Origin: Candidatus Woesebacteria bacterium
GTDB taxonomy: Bacteria > Patescibacteriota > Microgenomatia > UBA12405
Reading direction: 5' to 3'
Assembly (NCBI GenBank): GCA_035402805.1
Contig: DAONDY010000002.1
Location: 1-47,800 of the forward strand
DNA length: 47,800 bases
Of the stretch, positions 1 to 8,308 are shown in pieces (the first letter of the stretch is position 1; each line of letters starts with the position of its first letter). The translations under genes and the position numbers were made by a program. A model generated the notes under the pieces. It was not told where the DNA came from. It ran no database searches and worked only from the letters and a program-made list of their open reading frames with translations.

Positions 1-380
1 AATTCCTAACTGCTGCCTTCCGTAGAAGTATGGGCCGTGTCTCAGTCCCATTGTGACGGACTCTCCGCTAAGAGCCGTTAACCGTCATCGCCTTGGTAGG
101 CCATTACCCCACCAACTAGCTGGTAGTTAGTACACTATTCTCTTCGCGACTTGCGTCTTTAACCCGTAGGTACTATAGGAAATTACTCCACCTTTCGGTG
201 GGCTATGTCCTACAAAGAGGCATATTTGTACTTTTTACTCACCCGTTTGCCGCTAAACTTATTATTTACACAGATTAATCCACTGTAAGGATCTCTCTGT
301 GTAAACAACAAATCCCGCTCGACTTGCATGTCTTAGGCACATCGCCAGCGTTCACCCTGAGCCACGATCAAACTCTTAGT
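1..380 (-). rRNA. rrs: 16S ribosomal RNA, 5' ~380 nt (gene continues beyond the left window edge)
   Basis: The reverse complement of 341-376 reads AGAGTTTGATCGTGGCTCAGGGTGAACGCTGGCGAT, the universal 16S 5' end. The reverse complement of 10-29 reads ACTTCTACGGAAGGCAGCAG, the 338-357 (E. coli numbering) block with 2 substitutions versus the usual ACTCCTACGGGAGGCAGCAG. The spacing of the two landmarks fits a 16S without a large insertion. Confidence 0.9.
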
Positions 381-593
381 ACTAACATTTCGAACAAAAT
401 TCGAAAACGATTGATTTAAATAATCAATCAAAAAATTTTTTGAAATTCTTTCTGGTACTAACAGCTTCTGGCTCTAAACGAATGTGAACTAAATTTTAAA
501 GATCAATTTTGCCTTCATTCAGGCAGTGAGGTTATTATATAGCACTAATTTCGTTTTTGCACTAGGTAAGTTGGGTTAAATTTAGTTAGATAA

Positions 594-621
594 TTGACAA
601 AACATAAATAGATGGTATTAT
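594..621 (+). promoter_or_regulatory. near-consensus sigma70-type promoter pointing into the non-coding 16S/recF spacer
   Basis: TTGACA (594-599), a 16-nt spacer ending in TGg (613-615), then TATTAT (616-621). This is a -35 plus extended -10 arrangement. No ORF of 60 aa or more lies downstream before recF (convergent). Confidence 0.35.
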
Positions 622-920
622 AGGCTTACTATTCGCAGAATATTTAATATCAATAACGATATTTTTAAATATTTTTAAGCGAAATCGCACATAAAAAGAT
701 TTAGGAGAAAGAAAATTGCCTTTATAGTCTGATCAACTAATCAGATATGAGCAAAAACTAAAACGCTCGGAAAGGAGGAATATTGATGTACACATCAGGA
801 TTTGTTTAACGCGAAAATATCGCAAATCCAAACGACTTCAGGTTTCCAAAACCACCATCAATCTTTTTTATCCCCCTGCTTTTTCATTTTTACCTACCAC
901 CTCTCCCTATCTCTTTACTC

Positions 921-1020
921 GCCGCCAAAATGAGGAAATAAAAATAAAATTGAATTAAAGGTTGTCCTGAGAGACAAATATTCGATTTTAACTTTACTCA
1001 TTCTTTGGCGGCACTTTTTT
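921..1020 (+). terminator. long-range stem plus T-run, possible plus-strand terminator or structured RNA end
   Basis: GCCGCCAAAATGAG (921-934) pairs with CTCATTCTTTGGCGGC (998-1012). The stem encloses an inner hairpin TTGTC...GACAA (962-977) and is followed by CAC + TTTTTT (1015-1020). It is larger than a canonical intrinsic terminator, hence the low confidence. Confidence 0.3.
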
Positions 1021-1029
1021 GGAAAAAAT

Positions 1030-2100
1030 TTAGAGCTGAATCACTTTAGCAGTAGATAAAATATTGATACTTTCTGGTTCGGCGGCAGTAAAAATAGTTT
1101 GATAGTTTTGGCATAAAGAAACAACTAATTTTTGATGGTCTGGATCAAGCTCAGAAAAAATATCATCTAAAAGCAGAACTGGTTTGTCATTATAAGTTTT
1201 TTCTAGATAATTAATTTGAGCCAATCTAACGGCTAAAACAGCTAATCTCTGTTGTCCGCGACTACCCCAAAAGGCTAAATTTTTATCTTCAGTTGAAAAT
1301 GTATTGTTATTAAAACTAAAATCATCGCGATGAATTCCAATTTGAGTACAACCACGATGCAAATCCAGTTGGTAATTTTTTTCTAATCTGTCCTCACTGA
1401 CAATCGAGGGATGATAATTTAAAAAAATAAGTTTGATTTGGGGATCAAAATGGTTTGAAAAAAAAGAATTAGCTGAACGGATAAAAGCAGTGCGAAAATC
1501 ATGAATAATGTTGGCATTTTTAATGAGAGTTTGATTCCAATAAAAAAGTTCCGATTTGGTTGAATGCACTTCTCTAATTTGATTAAGCAACTCATTTCGA
1601 TGATTAAGAGCTTTATGATATTGGGACAAGGCCTGGGTATAACGCCATTCTGTTTGAAGAAAAATTTCGTCCAAAAAATCACGACGGCGACCAGGAGAAC
1701 CGGCAACTAAACGAATATCGTCTGGATGAAAAATGACAGTTTTAAAAATACCAATATATTTTTTTCTAGTTTTTTCGACTTTTTCGATTAAAAACTTTCG
1801 AGAAACAGTATTACTGCGACCGGTTTGATCTTTAATTAATTTTATTTCGATATCATTGATTTCGTTTTTATTAGAAATAACCTTGGCTTGAATTGAAGTA
1901 AAAAAATCATTCCAATTTATAAGTTTTGATTGAGATGAAGATCTAAAACTTTTACCGGCGGCTAAAAAGAAAATAGCTTCTAATATATTAGTTTTACCAG
2001 AACCATTTGGACCAATAATTAAATTTAATTTGGAATCAAACTCTAAGAGTTGTTGGGTGTGCGAACGAAAATTTTGAAGAATAAGTTTGGAAAGATACAC
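1030..2100 (-). CDS. recF: DNA replication and repair protein RecF
   Basis: 356-aa ORF with N-terminal Walker A GPNGSGKTNILEAI, the SMC/RecF-type signature region and Walker B LLLDDIFSELD near the C-terminus. The length is typical of RecF. Confidence 0.9.
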   Translation of the reverse strand: MYLSKLILQNFRSHTQQLLEFDSKLNLIIGPNGSGKTNILEAIFFLAAGKSFRSSSQSKLINWNDFFTSIQAKVISNKNEINDIEIKLIKDQTGRSNTVSRKFLIEKVEKTRKKYIGIFKTVIFHPDDIRLVAGSPGRRRDFLDEIFLQTEWRYTQALSQYHKALNHRNELLNQIREVHSTKSELFYWNQTLIKNANIIHDFRTAFIRSANSFFSNHFDPQIKLIFLNYHPSIVSEDRLEKNYQLDLHRGCTQIGIHRDDFSFNNNTFSTEDKNLAFWGSRGQQRLAVLAVRLAQINYLEKTYNDKPVLLLDDIFSELDPDHQKLVVSLCQNYQTIFTAAEPESINILSTAKVIQL

Positions 2101-2120
2101 AAGAGAAGTATAACAAAATG

Positions 2121-2192
2121 TCCAGCGGGTTGGAGTTGAACCAACTTTACACAGTTTTACAGACTGACGCCTAACCGTCCGGCTCCCGCTGG
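2121..2192 (-). tRNA. tRNA-Tyr (anticodon GTA), class I (5-nt variable region), C1-G72 first pair, no encoded CCA
   Basis: The minus strand reads CCAGCGG-GA-GCCG-GACGGTT-AGGC-G-TCAGT-CTGTAAA-ACTGT-GTAAA-GTTGG-TTCAACT-CCAAC-CCGCTGG-A. It forms a cloverleaf with a 7-bp acceptor stem, a GG in the D-loop, a TTCAAxT T-loop and an anticodon loop CTGTAAA. Confidence 0.75.
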
Positions 2193-2224
2193 TTTTGTGG
2201 ATTTATTATAACAGAAAGATACCT

Positions 2225-3007
2225 TTACTCAATTCCCCAAAGAATGGAGAGATTGGCAGTAATATCCATTTGGCCACTGGAGATTGAACCAGCACCAGAG
2301 GCTTCATCTCGAGCGACAGAGGCTGACTTAAACTGAGCAACATTAGAGGTGTAATTAACAGGAGAAATATCATAAGTGCTATCAGAAATAGAAACTGGTT
2401 TGTCTAATTTCACTTTTGATAATTTAGCCAGTTCTTCGGCTTTTTGTTTGGCCTTATTAAAGGCTAATTCTCGAGCTTTAGAAAATAATTCAGTTTTATC
2501 TTCAATATCAAAATAAATACCATTCATTTGAAGATTATTAATGTTGGAAAGCTCGTCAATAATTTTGACGGCCTTGGTGGCCTTAGTATCAATTTTTTTA
2601 ATTTTGACTTCCAAAGTTTCTGAAGCTTGCTGACCAACAATTCGACGACTGCTACCGCTATAATCATATTCGGTATAAACGTTTAGATTGGAGGTGGTGA
2701 TATCGGAATCAGAAATACCATTATCTTTAAGGATTTTTATGGCAGAGTCAACTTTTGAATTAACTTTAGCAAGTGCTTCTTTACTAGTAGAAGCTTTTTC
2801 TTGAAAACCAATGTTTAATTGGACCATGTCTGGTTTGGCGGAAACTTTACCATCGCCAGAAACAGAAATCGTGTTGGAGATTTTACCGTTTGACTCAATA
2901 CCACCGGTGTTTTTAATATAAATTCCTGTTCGAGAAATGAAAAGCGCAGAAATAATTAAAGCAATGGAAATAATAATGTAGGGGTAGAATTGTTTGTCTA
3001 TTTTCAT
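2225..3007 (-). CDS. SIMPL (DUF541) domain-containing secreted/membrane-anchored protein
   Basis: 260-aa ORF with an N-terminal TM/signal anchor followed by the typical SIMPL layout (VSGDGKVSAKPD..., GISDSDITTSNLNVY..., C-terminal ITANLSILWGIE). Confidence 0.65.
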   Translation of the reverse strand: MKIDKQFYPYIIISIALIISALFISRTGIYIKNTGGIESNGKISNTISVSGDGKVSAKPDMVQLNIGFQEKASTSKEALAKVNSKVDSAIKILKDNGISDSDITTSNLNVYTEYDYSGSSRRIVGQQASETLEVKIKKIDTKATKAVKIIDELSNINNLQMNGIYFDIEDKTELFSKARELAFNKAKQKAEELAKLSKVKLDKPVSISDSTYDISPVNYTSNVAQFKSASVARDEASGAGSISSGQMDITANLSILWGIE

Positions 3008-3036
3008 ATCATCAGTTTACACTGTTAAAATAGTTT

Positions 3037-3810
3037 ATGAAAGTGAAAATAATTTCTTGGAACTTGGCCGGTATGAGAGCAGCGATAAAAAAGGGTTTGT
3101 GGCAGAAAATGAAAAAAATTGATGCAGATATATATTGTTTTCAGGAAGTTAAAGCCAAAATGGAACAGATTGATATTGATTTTGAATACCCAAATAATTA
3201 TTTAAACTATTGGAACCCAGCTGAAAAAGCGGGTTATTCTGGAGTGGCTACTTTCACTAAAATTGAACCTAAAAATGTAATTATTGGCGATAGAACGAAT
3301 GATTGGGATGATGAAGGAAGAGTTATTATTACCAAATTTGATGAATTTACACTTTTGAATGTTTACTTCCCTAATGGAAAGAGAGATAAAGGCAGGTTGG
3401 ATTATAAAATGAAATTTTATGATTATTTTTTGAAATATATAAATGAGTTAAGAGATAGAGGAGAAAAAATAGTTTTTTGCGGAGACATAAATACAGCTCA
3501 TAGGGAAATAGATTTGGCCAGACCTAAGGATAATGAGCTGGTTTCGGGATTTTTAGAAATAGAAAGAAAATGGATTGATAAAGTGATTAAAAATGGATAT
3601 TTGGATACTTTTAGAATGTTTAGTCCAAAAGAGACAGGACAATATTCTTGGTGGAACCAAAGGGGCGGAGCCAGAAAAAGGAATGTGGGTTGGAGAATCG
3701 ACTATGTTTTTGTGGATGAAAGTCTAAAATACAAAGTAAAATCGGCGTTTATTTTACCGGAAGTTGAAGGATCGGATCATTGTCCGGTGGGAATTGAAAT
3801 AGAAATTTAA
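3037..3810 (+). CDS. xth: exodeoxyribonuclease III (AP endonuclease, EEP family)
   Basis: 257 aa. Matches include N-terminal KIISWNLAG, QEVK, GDINTAHREIDL, WRIDYVF and C-terminal GSDHCPV, all hallmark Xth/APE1 motifs. Confidence 0.9.
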   Translation: MKVKIISWNLAGMRAAIKKGLWQKMKKIDADIYCFQEVKAKMEQIDIDFEYPNNYLNYWNPAEKAGYSGVATFTKIEPKNVIIGDRTNDWDDEGRVIITKFDEFTLLNVYFPNGKRDKGRLDYKMKFYDYFLKYINELRDRGEKIVFCGDINTAHREIDLARPKDNELVSGFLEIERKWIDKVIKNGYLDTFRMFSPKETGQYSWWNQRGGARKRNVGWRIDYVFVDESLKYKVKSAFILPEVEGSDHCPVGIEIEI

Positions 3811-4499
3811 AAAATAAGATGTTTAGTCCCCTGTTGTTTTAGCCAGAGATTGTGCTGTTTACAATCTGGATCATAAATTGTCAGTTGACTCCAAAATCGT
3901 TTAGAGTGATTTTTGATGTCAAGATGGGTTAACTCGTGTAATAAAATATGGCAAAATTGAGAATAAGGGAAAAAAATAATTTGCCAGTTGAAACTTAAAT
4001 TACCATGACCGGAACAAGAACCGTACCTAGAACTTTGATTACGAACAGTAACTTTTCCATATTTAAAATTAAATTTTTTAGACAAATTATCTAATTCTTT
4101 TTTAATTAATTTGAGGGCAAAAGGTCGAAGTTTAGCCTCTAAAACCTTTTTGACATGAGATTCATTAAATCGAGCCATATTTGAATAAATTTTTTGTTCA
4201 ACATCTTGAATAATTACCGAATCTCTTTGGGTTTTTATCCAGATAATTTCATAAGAATTATCCAATATTTTAATGGTTTTTAGACTTAAAATTGATTTTT
4301 TAGGACTAATTTTGACTGAATGATTAATAATCCAATCAGTATTGTTTTTAATAAATTTTTGAATTAAAAAATCGGGAGTTAAATAAGGACAAGAAATTTG
4401 AAGAGAGTTTTTGGAAATCAATCGCAGACGAATTGATCTAATCCCCTTACGGTTAACCTGATATTCGAATGGCTGGTTTTGAAGCAAAATGGTGGCCAT
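3807..4499 (-). CDS. YgjP-like M48/DUF45 family metal-dependent hydrolase
   Basis: 230 aa with C-terminal LLHELTHLDIKNHSKRFW (HExxH followed by NHS..FW), as in the YgjP/DUF45 family. Confidence 0.7.
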   Translation of the reverse strand: MATILLQNQPFEYQVNRKGIRSIRLRLISKNSLQISCPYLTPDFLIQKFIKNNTDWIINHSVKISPKKSILSLKTIKILDNSYEIIWIKTQRDSVIIQDVEQKIYSNMARFNESHVKKVLEAKLRPFALKLIKKELDNLSKKFNFKYGKVTVRNQSSRYGSCSGHGNLSFNWQIIFFPYSQFCHILLHELTHLDIKNHSKRFWSQLTIYDPDCKQHNLWLKQQGTKHLIF

Positions 4500-4515
4500 A
4501 ATGATATATTAAACT

Positions 4516-4971
4516 ATGAGCTTAATTTATGTTGCTAGTGATCACAGGGGTTTTAATTTTAAAGAGAAAGTGGTGGAATTTTTAAGGGAGTTGGATTACG
4601 AAGTAAAAGATTTGGGAGTAAAAACTTATGATGAAGATGATGATTATAATGAAATTTCGATAGAATTGGCAGAAAAAGTAGTCAGAGAAAATACAAAAGG
4701 AATATTGCTTTGTGGATCCGGAGTGGGAGTAAGTATAGCGGCTAATAAAGTTTTAGGGGCAAGAGCAGCGCTTTGTACAATTCCAAAACAAGCTAGATTA
4801 GCCAGAGAAGACAGTAACGCCAATGTTTTATGCCTAGCAGCTGATTTAATCAGTGAAGAAGATAATTTAGAGATAGTAAAAACTTTTTTGGAAACGGTTT
4901 TTGCCAGCGAAGAAAGATTTATTAGAAGAATTAATAAAATTAAAGAATATGAAAAGCTTAAACTCAGTTAA
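4516..4971 (+). CDS. rpiB: ribose-5-phosphate isomerase B
   Basis: 151 aa. Matches SDHRGF near the N-terminus, CGSGVGVSIAANK and ARLAREDSNANVLCL, typical of RpiB/LacAB. Confidence 0.85.
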   Translation: MSLIYVASDHRGFNFKEKVVEFLRELDYEVKDLGVKTYDEDDDYNEISIELAEKVVRENTKGILLCGSGVGVSIAANKVLGARAALCTIPKQARLAREDSNANVLCLAADLISEEDNLEIVKTFLETVFASEERFIRRINKIKEYEKLKLS

Positions 4972-5980
4972 GGAGATTGGTGAAAATAAAGTAGTAATTT
5001 TGAGAATGGATTTAGATTTGCCAATTAGTGATGGTGAAATTTTGGATAGTAGTCGGTTAATAAAATCCATTCCAACAATTAAATTACTATTGGCAAGAAA
5101 AAATAAAATAATAATTTTAGGACATTTGGGTAGACCTCAAAATAATGAAAGAAATTTAACCTTGAAACCAGTTTATTTGGAATTAATGGATATTTTAGAA
5201 ACATCATGTGGCGGTGATTGTGTAAAAAATGTTTTTATCGACGACATAAAAAATAAAGAAAAATTAAAACAGGCAATTGAAGAAAACGAGATAATTTTTG
5301 CTGAAAATTTAAGATTTTATCCAGAGGAAGAAAGTGGAGATACCTCTTTATTTTCCAAATTGAAAAAATACTCCCCAATTTTTGCGAATGACGCTTTTGC
5401 GGTGGCTCATCGAAATGCCGCATCGGTTTTATTACATAGAGAACTGGAAAGTTATTATGGTTTAAGTTTTGTGGAAGAATTTGAAAAAATAAGTTTAGTT
5501 TTAGAAAAGAAGGAAAATTTAGTAGTTATTTTGGGTGGAGCTAAAGAGGATAAATTAAAATATTTAAAAGAATTGAGTGAAAAAGCAGATTGGGTATTAG
5601 TGGGAGGAAAGCTGCCCAAGTTAGTTGAAAGTGAAAAGTTGAAAGTTGAAAGTGAGAAAATTTTGATTGCTAAATTGAGAGAAGACGGACTGGATTTAAG
5701 TGATGAAGACATTAAAGAATTTAAAGAAAAAATAAATCAAGCTAAAATAATTGTTTGGGCAGGGGCAATGGGATTTTATGAAAAAGAAAATTGTCGTAAG
5801 GGAACTGAAGAAATTGCCAAATCAGTGGCTAATTCAAATGCTTATAAAATAATCGCCGGAGGCGACACGACTGCTTCAATTGCAAGGCTAGGAATGGAGG
5901 ATAAAATTGATTTTATCTGTAGCGGTGGCGGAGTAATGCTGGAGTTTTTAATTAAGAGTAGCCTTCCGGCTTGGGAATAG
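4949..5980 (+). CDS. pgk: phosphoglycerate kinase
   Basis: PGK-like over its full length (RMDLDLP, ILGHLGRP, FANDAFAVAHR, GGAKEDK, GGGVMLEFL). The ORF is open from 4901. I chose the ATG at 4949 (MKSLNSVKEIG...) because the first 16 codons overlap the rpiB 3' end. The stop codon is TAG. Confidence 0.85.
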   Translation: MKSLNSVKEIGENKVVILRMDLDLPISDGEILDSSRLIKSIPTIKLLLARKNKIIILGHLGRPQNNERNLTLKPVYLELMDILETSCGGDCVKNVFIDDIKNKEKLKQAIEENEIIFAENLRFYPEEESGDTSLFSKLKKYSPIFANDAFAVAHRNAASVLLHRELESYYGLSFVEEFEKISLVLEKKENLVVILGGAKEDKLKYLKELSEKADWVLVGGKLPKLVESEKLKVESEKILIAKLREDGLDLSDEDIKEFKEKINQAKIIVWAGAMGFYEKENCRKGTEEIAKSVANSNAYKIIAGGDTTASIARLGMEDKIDFICSGGGVMLEFLIKSSLPAWE

Positions 5981-5993
5981 TATAAAATTAGTT

Positions 5994-7034
5994 ATGAAAA
6001 AAGATAAAAAAATAAGAATTGGAATTAATGGTTTTGGAAGAATTGGAAGTGTGGTTTTAAGGTCAATTTTAACAGAGAGATATGATGTGGAAGTAGCGGC
6101 AATTAATACTGATGGTCGATTTGATGTGGAAACTTTTGCGATGCAATTTAAGTATGATTCAGTTTATGGACGATCACCTTGGAAGGTGGAATTTTCTGGA
6201 CCACAAAAAGCGATGGAAATTGGCAGACTAGAAGTGGCTGATCAATCAATCCCCGTCTTTGGACAAATGGATCCGACTAAAATTCCTTGGAAAAACTATG
6301 ATGTGGATGTAGTTTTGGAATGTACTGGTGCTTTCACTGACAGTAAGGCCTTAGGACATATAAAAGCAGGAGCTAAAAAAGTAGTGATTAGCGCTCCGGC
6401 TAAAGATCCAAAAATTCCGGTTTATATATTAGGAGTAAACGGAGATAAATATAAGGGTGAAAAATTAATTTCCAATGGTTCTTGCACTACGAATTGTGTG
6501 GCACCAATAGTGAAGTTAATTGATGAAAAAATTGGGTTTCAAGAAGGAACGCTGACCACAATTCATGCTTATACTACAAATCAAAATTTAGTTGACGGAA
6601 ACTGTAAAGATCCACGACGCGGACGAGCAGCAGCTATTAATATAGTACCGACGACAACTGGAGCAGCAGAAGCAGTAATTGCTGCTTATCCTGAGGCTAA
6701 AGGAAGATTTGCTGGAACGGCAATTAGAGTACCAGTGATTTGCGGAAGCTATTCTGATTTGACTTTTAAGATGGTTAGAAAAACAACGATTGAAGAAATT
6801 AATTCTATTTTTGAAGAAGCTAGTTTAGAACCGGAACTAGTTGGTAAATTAAAAGTTTCTTACGAACCATTAGTATCTTCCGATATTATCGGCAATAACG
6901 GTTCTTGTATTATTGATGCGCGAATGACTAAAGTAATTTCTGATGACATGATTTCAATTGGGGCTTGGTATGATAACGAATATGGATACAGTTGCAGATT
7001 AATAGAAAATGCAATTGCGATATCAAATAAATGA
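5994..7034 (+). CDS. gap: glyceraldehyde-3-phosphate dehydrogenase
   Basis: 346 aa. Matches INGFGRIG (NAD-binding), the SNGSCTTNC active-site Cys and WYDNEYGYS at the C-terminus. Confidence 0.9.
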   Translation: MKKDKKIRIGINGFGRIGSVVLRSILTERYDVEVAAINTDGRFDVETFAMQFKYDSVYGRSPWKVEFSGPQKAMEIGRLEVADQSIPVFGQMDPTKIPWKNYDVDVVLECTGAFTDSKALGHIKAGAKKVVISAPAKDPKIPVYILGVNGDKYKGEKLISNGSCTTNCVAPIVKLIDEKIGFQEGTLTTIHAYTTNQNLVDGNCKDPRRGRAAAINIVPTTTGAAEAVIAAYPEAKGRFAGTAIRVPVICGSYSDLTFKMVRKTTIEEINSIFEEASLEPELVGKLKVSYEPLVSSDIIGNNGSCIIDARMTKVISDDMISIGAWYDNEYGYSCRLIENAIAISNK

Positions 7035-7675
7035 TAATAATACCAACAATTTTAGAAAAAGATTTCTCATTGGCGGAAATAAAAATTAAATTGATTAAAG
7101 ATAGGTGCCGATGGGTACAAATAGATGTGATTGATGGTTATTACTCCCCTGGAAAGAGTTTTGAGTTGGAATTATTAAATAAAATCGGTAAGGAAATACA
7201 GAATAATTTATTGGACATACATTTAATGGTTAAAGAACCAATAAAATGGATTGAAAAATGCAACTTTGTCGGGGCGAACAGAGTCATTGGCCAGGTGGAG
7301 ATGATGTCAGATGTGAATGAATTTGTGGAAAAAATTAAAGAAGCTGGATTGGAGGTGGGATTAGCCTTTGATACTGAAACAGAAGTCATAAATATCCCAA
7401 AGGAAACTGATTTAATATTATTAATGGGAAGAAAGTCTGGGTTTCAAAATGCTGATTTTGATGAAAAAATTTATGAAAAAATTAAAAAACTAGTAAAACT
7501 TAGAGATAATAAAAAAATGGATTTTAAAATTGGAGTTGATGGAGGAATAAATGAAGAGATAATCAAAAAGTTAAAAATTGAAGGAGTGGATATCGCCTAT
7601 TGCGGCGGGGCAATTTTTAATGGTATGGTAAATGATAATTTAGAAAAATTAAACTATGTTAGCGAAAACTTATAA
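7031..7675 (+). CDS. rpe: ribulose-phosphate 3-epimerase-like protein
   Basis: 214 aa TIM-barrel protein with QIDVIDG, DIHLMV and VDGGIN motifs in the RPE order. It is more diverged than the neighbouring genes. Confidence 0.7.
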   Translation: MIIIPTILEKDFSLAEIKIKLIKDRCRWVQIDVIDGYYSPGKSFELELLNKIGKEIQNNLLDIHLMVKEPIKWIEKCNFVGANRVIGQVEMMSDVNEFVEKIKEAGLEVGLAFDTETEVINIPKETDLILLMGRKSGFQNADFDEKIYEKIKKLVKLRDNKKMDFKIGVDGGINEEIIKKLKIEGVDIAYCGGAIFNGMVNDNLEKLNYVSENL

Positions 7676-8294
7676 AAAAATTAAAAGAGTTGCTTTTTAT
7701 GGCGACGCTGATGCTAAAGAAACAGATCAGCATTTTATTGATGCTTTTAATACCGCGAAATTACTGGCGGAAAATGGCTACATTATTGTTAATGGTGGTG
7801 GCCCAGGAATAATGTTAGCGGCAACATTAGGGGCAAAAGAAGGAAAAGGTAGAGTGGAAGTGGTAATAATGGATGAAAAAGTTGATATGGGTAAAAACTA
7901 TGAAGGAAGCACTTTCTTGAACAAAAAACAGGTTGATAAAATTTATAGAGCTGAAAATATTCAAGAAAGAACTGCTAAAGTCGTGGAAATCGCTGATGCT
8001 CATATCGTTTTTAAAGGTGGAACTGGAACAATGGCAGAACTGGCATTGGTATGGGAAAAAGCAAAGTTTGAATTTGGAAAGCATGAACCATTAATCTTCT
8101 TTGGTGACTGTTGGAAAAACACCATCGAAACCATGGTAGAAGATTTAAATTTTGACAAAATTGAAAGAAAAGTTTATGACTTTGCTGAAAATTCAGAAGA
8201 AGTTTTAAAAATAATTCAAGACAAAAAAAGCTTTAAAAAAACGGACAATGGCGGTTTTCTTGGTCGATTTAAAAAATTGATTGATAATTTTTGA
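7656..8294 (+). CDS. LOG / TIGR00730 family Rossmann-fold nucleotide-binding protein
   Basis: 212 aa with GGGPGIM and GGTGTMAEL motifs characteristic of the LOG (lysine decarboxylase-like) family. Confidence 0.7.
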   Translation: MLAKTYKKIKRVAFYGDADAKETDQHFIDAFNTAKLLAENGYIIVNGGGPGIMLAATLGAKEGKGRVEVVIMDEKVDMGKNYEGSTFLNKKQVDKIYRAENIQERTAKVVEIADAHIVFKGGTGTMAELALVWEKAKFEFGKHEPLIFFGDCWKNTIETMVEDLNFDKIERKVYDFAENSEEVLKIIQDKKSFKKTDNGGFLGRFKKLIDNF

Positions 8295-8308
8295 TAAACT
8301 AGAAAATA

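Noticed and set aside
1419-1706. Many 60-130 aa ORFs in the supplied track that lie antisense or out of frame inside well-supported genes (e.g. 1419-1706, 5235-5423, 5455-5712, 7141-7389, 7827-8084, 8809-9060, 9754-10149, 10163-10354, 11352-11693, 14054-14341, 15797-16126, 18726-19023, 20105-20290, 22034-22276, 24529-24726, 26829-27836, 28772-28972, 31544-31894, 33468-33704, 34945-35136, 38786-39157, 39401-39652, 42068-42804).
   Set aside because: These are shadow ORFs of AT-rich coding sequence. They have low-complexity or hydrophobic translations, no family resemblance and no independent start signals, and they are fully embedded in genes with strong homology-type motifs.
4901-4948. Upstream extensions of pgk (from 4901), of the second PBP (from 17045), of the GT2-like gene (to 13603), of the MATE gene (to 39627) and of the EFR1-like gene (to 42926).
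   Set aside because: Each extension overlaps the neighbouring gene or lacks the start context that an internal ATG has. The internal starts give N-termini matching the family pattern. The exact starts remain uncertain without homolog alignment.
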